A stretch of 61,642 nt of DNA, counting the filler, from Diploschistes diacapsis (taxonomy: Eukaryota), in assembly GCA_023645945.1 (NCBI GenBank). It is 14 parts of 14 records of this genome, joined end to end, with 100 filler letters (N's around TTAATTAATTAA, not from the genome) between each part and the next. Parts side by side here need not be neighbours in the genome. Positions count along the whole stretch, not along the records: positions 58,971 to 61,642 come from JALAIB010002119.1; 13 more parts are not named here. One strand, given 5' to 3'. The position numbers and the translations under genes were made by a program. How positions within the stretch are numbered: the first letter of the stretch is position 1; every line of letters starts with the position of its first letter. Below the pieces are notes generated by a model. The model was not told the origin of the DNA. It saw only the letters and a program-made list of their open reading frames with translations, and made no database searches. Below are positions 59,611 to 61,642 of the stretch, one piece after another.

Positions 59611-61642
59611 TGTTATGATCTCTATCTATACAAGGTATACACGAGTAGGATCAAGATGGGTTTGGTTTCTGTTAAAAGAGGAGTGTGGTAGGAAAAAAAG
59701 ATAGAGTAATTATAAGTCTTAAACTATCTCTAGAAAGAAGGTTCTCTAAATAATAAAGATAACGAATATAGATTAATCCCGAGTAATAATTAAAGATATT
59801 TATAAAAATGAATATATTTTCTTTTACGAAGATAGAATCGTGCTTATATATAATTAACTCGCTCGTCGTTTATTATAAGTTTAACGAACGGTGCCTTCGA
59901 GGCTCGCCGTTTATAAGAATAAGCGCGATCGTCGAACGATAGCGAAAGCTTACTCGCCGCTCACGAGAATAAGCGTAAGTAATAAACGTATCACGTGACC
60001 CCTGGTCCCGTAACTGACCTATATATAAAGCTAGGACGTGCTAAGTCTAATACTTAGATCGTAATATTATCCTTTTCTTTTAATATTATCGGCCCGATGA
60101 TTCGCCGAAAGGTTTAATATAAATATTAAACAAAAAAAAATCCCAAGTCGTGGGATAACGATGTTTTTTCTAACTTCTCGCAACCGGTCCGTCGAACGAA
60201 TCTAACTTTCTCGTTCTATCGCTCGTTATAAAATCCTTATTACTTCTTTTTATAAACATTATTCTTTTAACGACAAGTTTTGTTTCGTTATATCATCTAG
60301 TTTTAAAATCTTAAAATATTCGAAATATACACGTCGTGATCGTCCTTACGTGGAAATGTCATAGGCTCGCTTAAAACGGACATAAGATATATTAAAACGG
60401 TCTATATAAAAGGATACTAACCGACTTCTTAAACTTACTTATCGCATCGAACGAAACAAACTTCTTTTATAAAAAACATAAACCCGTATTGATACAAAAA
60501 TAAAATATCTGGCGGAATCACTGGCTACGGAAAGTAAAAACTTAGGTCGCATTATAATTAATATATCGATATTTGAGGCGGAGACTCTTAACGGAAATCT
60601 ATTATTTTTCGTTAATAATCCCGGGGAGTTACCTTCGTTAAATAGAGACGCCGTTATTTAGCTAGCTGACCTATCTAGCTAATAAATCTACGGGATTCCT
60701 TTATCTTATTCCCGCAGTTGCTCAAGTTCTCTAAAGATTTTCACGTGTTCTGTTCTAACGGGTATCCTTTCTACTTAATAAGAAATCCTTTAGGGTTATT
60801 ATTCAAAATCTTCTCGACTTCGTATTCGTTCTCATTATTAAGTTTAAAATAGAAGATTTCTTATAACGGTATATCTAGATATGCTAATTCAAAATATCGG
60901 GAATAGAACATTAAATAAACTTTCGCGTCCTTTAATAACTAGAATCGATAACTAACTCGTTTAATTTTGTCTGATATAACGGGTTATTTATCGATAAAAA
61001 AGGGTCCGATTTTAATATAATCGAGTTTCTTAAAAAGTTTACGTGTTTTGAGATTGTCCGTATATAGATAGACCTTATTTTCCTCTTTTAACTAAAGATT
61101 TTTCCTTAAGACCGTATGTCTCCTAACATCTTTTAATGCCTCGTCGTTAAGTAATTACGTATTTTAAATCTTTCTAACTTCTTTATATTTATTATTAAAG
61201 CAGTATTCGGCGTTTGATAACAGTTTAACTTAATTATCTATATTTTAATTAACGTAATACCGTAAATACTATTCGAGAGTCTAATTTATTCTTTTTATTT
61301 AACCGTCTGTTTATAGGTAATAAACGTTTAAATACTTCAGCTTCGTGCCGAATGCTTCTATCATAGTTTTCTAATATCCTAAAATAAAGAACTTATCTCT
61401 ATCGCTAATGATCTCGTCTAGATATTTATAAATTCTTACAACTCGATCCATCTATATGTAATATAACTATTTTACGTTATAATCTTCTTTAAAGGGTATA
61501 CAGTAAGATTTATTATTAAACTTGTTTATTATAACCTAGATGCTATCATATAGAACATCTATTACTAGATCCTTAGATGTTAATAATTTAATTATAAAGT
61601 CAATCGTGATTATCTTTCATAATTAATCTGGTTTCTTAATGG
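59611..61642 (-). mobile_element. Ty3/Gypsy chromovirus 3' half (integrase, chromodomain, PPT, 3' LTR 59611-60066), RIP-degenerate
   Basis: Minus strand: ITIDFIIKL, EIISDRDKFF, TDG*IKRIN*TLE*YLR (integrase core), KIGPF, EYEVEKIL...IK*KGYPLEQNT* (chromodomain); purine tract adjoining LTR; LTR termini TGTTATGATC...GATCGTAATA. Confidence 0.88.
60161..60682 (+). pseudogene. Antisense ORF in chromovirus 3' region with Zn2Cys6-like motif, RIP-inactivated
   Basis: From 60251: YKHYSFNDKFCFVISSSFKILKYSKYTRRDRPY; reverting TAY>TGY gives C-x2-C-x6-C-x11-C-x2-C-x6-C; ATG at 60161 in frame; Leu/charged heptad-like region follows. Confidence 0.65.

Overview
Filamentous ascomycete (Pezizomycotina) draft-genome DNA. 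The window is not a continuous locus: 14 contigs are joined by 100-bp N/TTAATTAATTAA/N linkers (one of 25.4 kb, thirteen of about 2.7 kb in descending size), so adjacency across linkers is meaningless. GC-rich contigs carry intron-containing housekeeping genes (PDE2, CDC6, RGD2-like RhoGAP, ADE8, alpha/beta hydrolase, TGL4, CET1, RPN2, a Mid2-like membrane protein, OST3, enoyl-CoA hydratase, CYP548-like P450, CTF8, AIM11, SED5, a USP-domain protein). AT-rich contigs are nests of RIP-mutated transposons (Ty3/Gypsy chromoviruses, Ty1/Copia, pogo/Fot1, a hAT-type MITE, several LTR families). The most unusual items are invisible or fragmented in the ORF track: (1) a RIP-destroyed reading frame of more than 600 codons with a 2OG-Fe(II) dioxygenase-like HxD...H core inside repeat DNA (6290-8298, minus); (2) an antisense ORF with exact Zn2Cys6 spacing carried in a chromovirus 3' region (60161-60682); (3) a head-to-head pair of a decayed protein kinase and an uncharacterised protein with a duplicated module (29602-33100). 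All assignments come from manual translation and motif recognition; no database searches were run.
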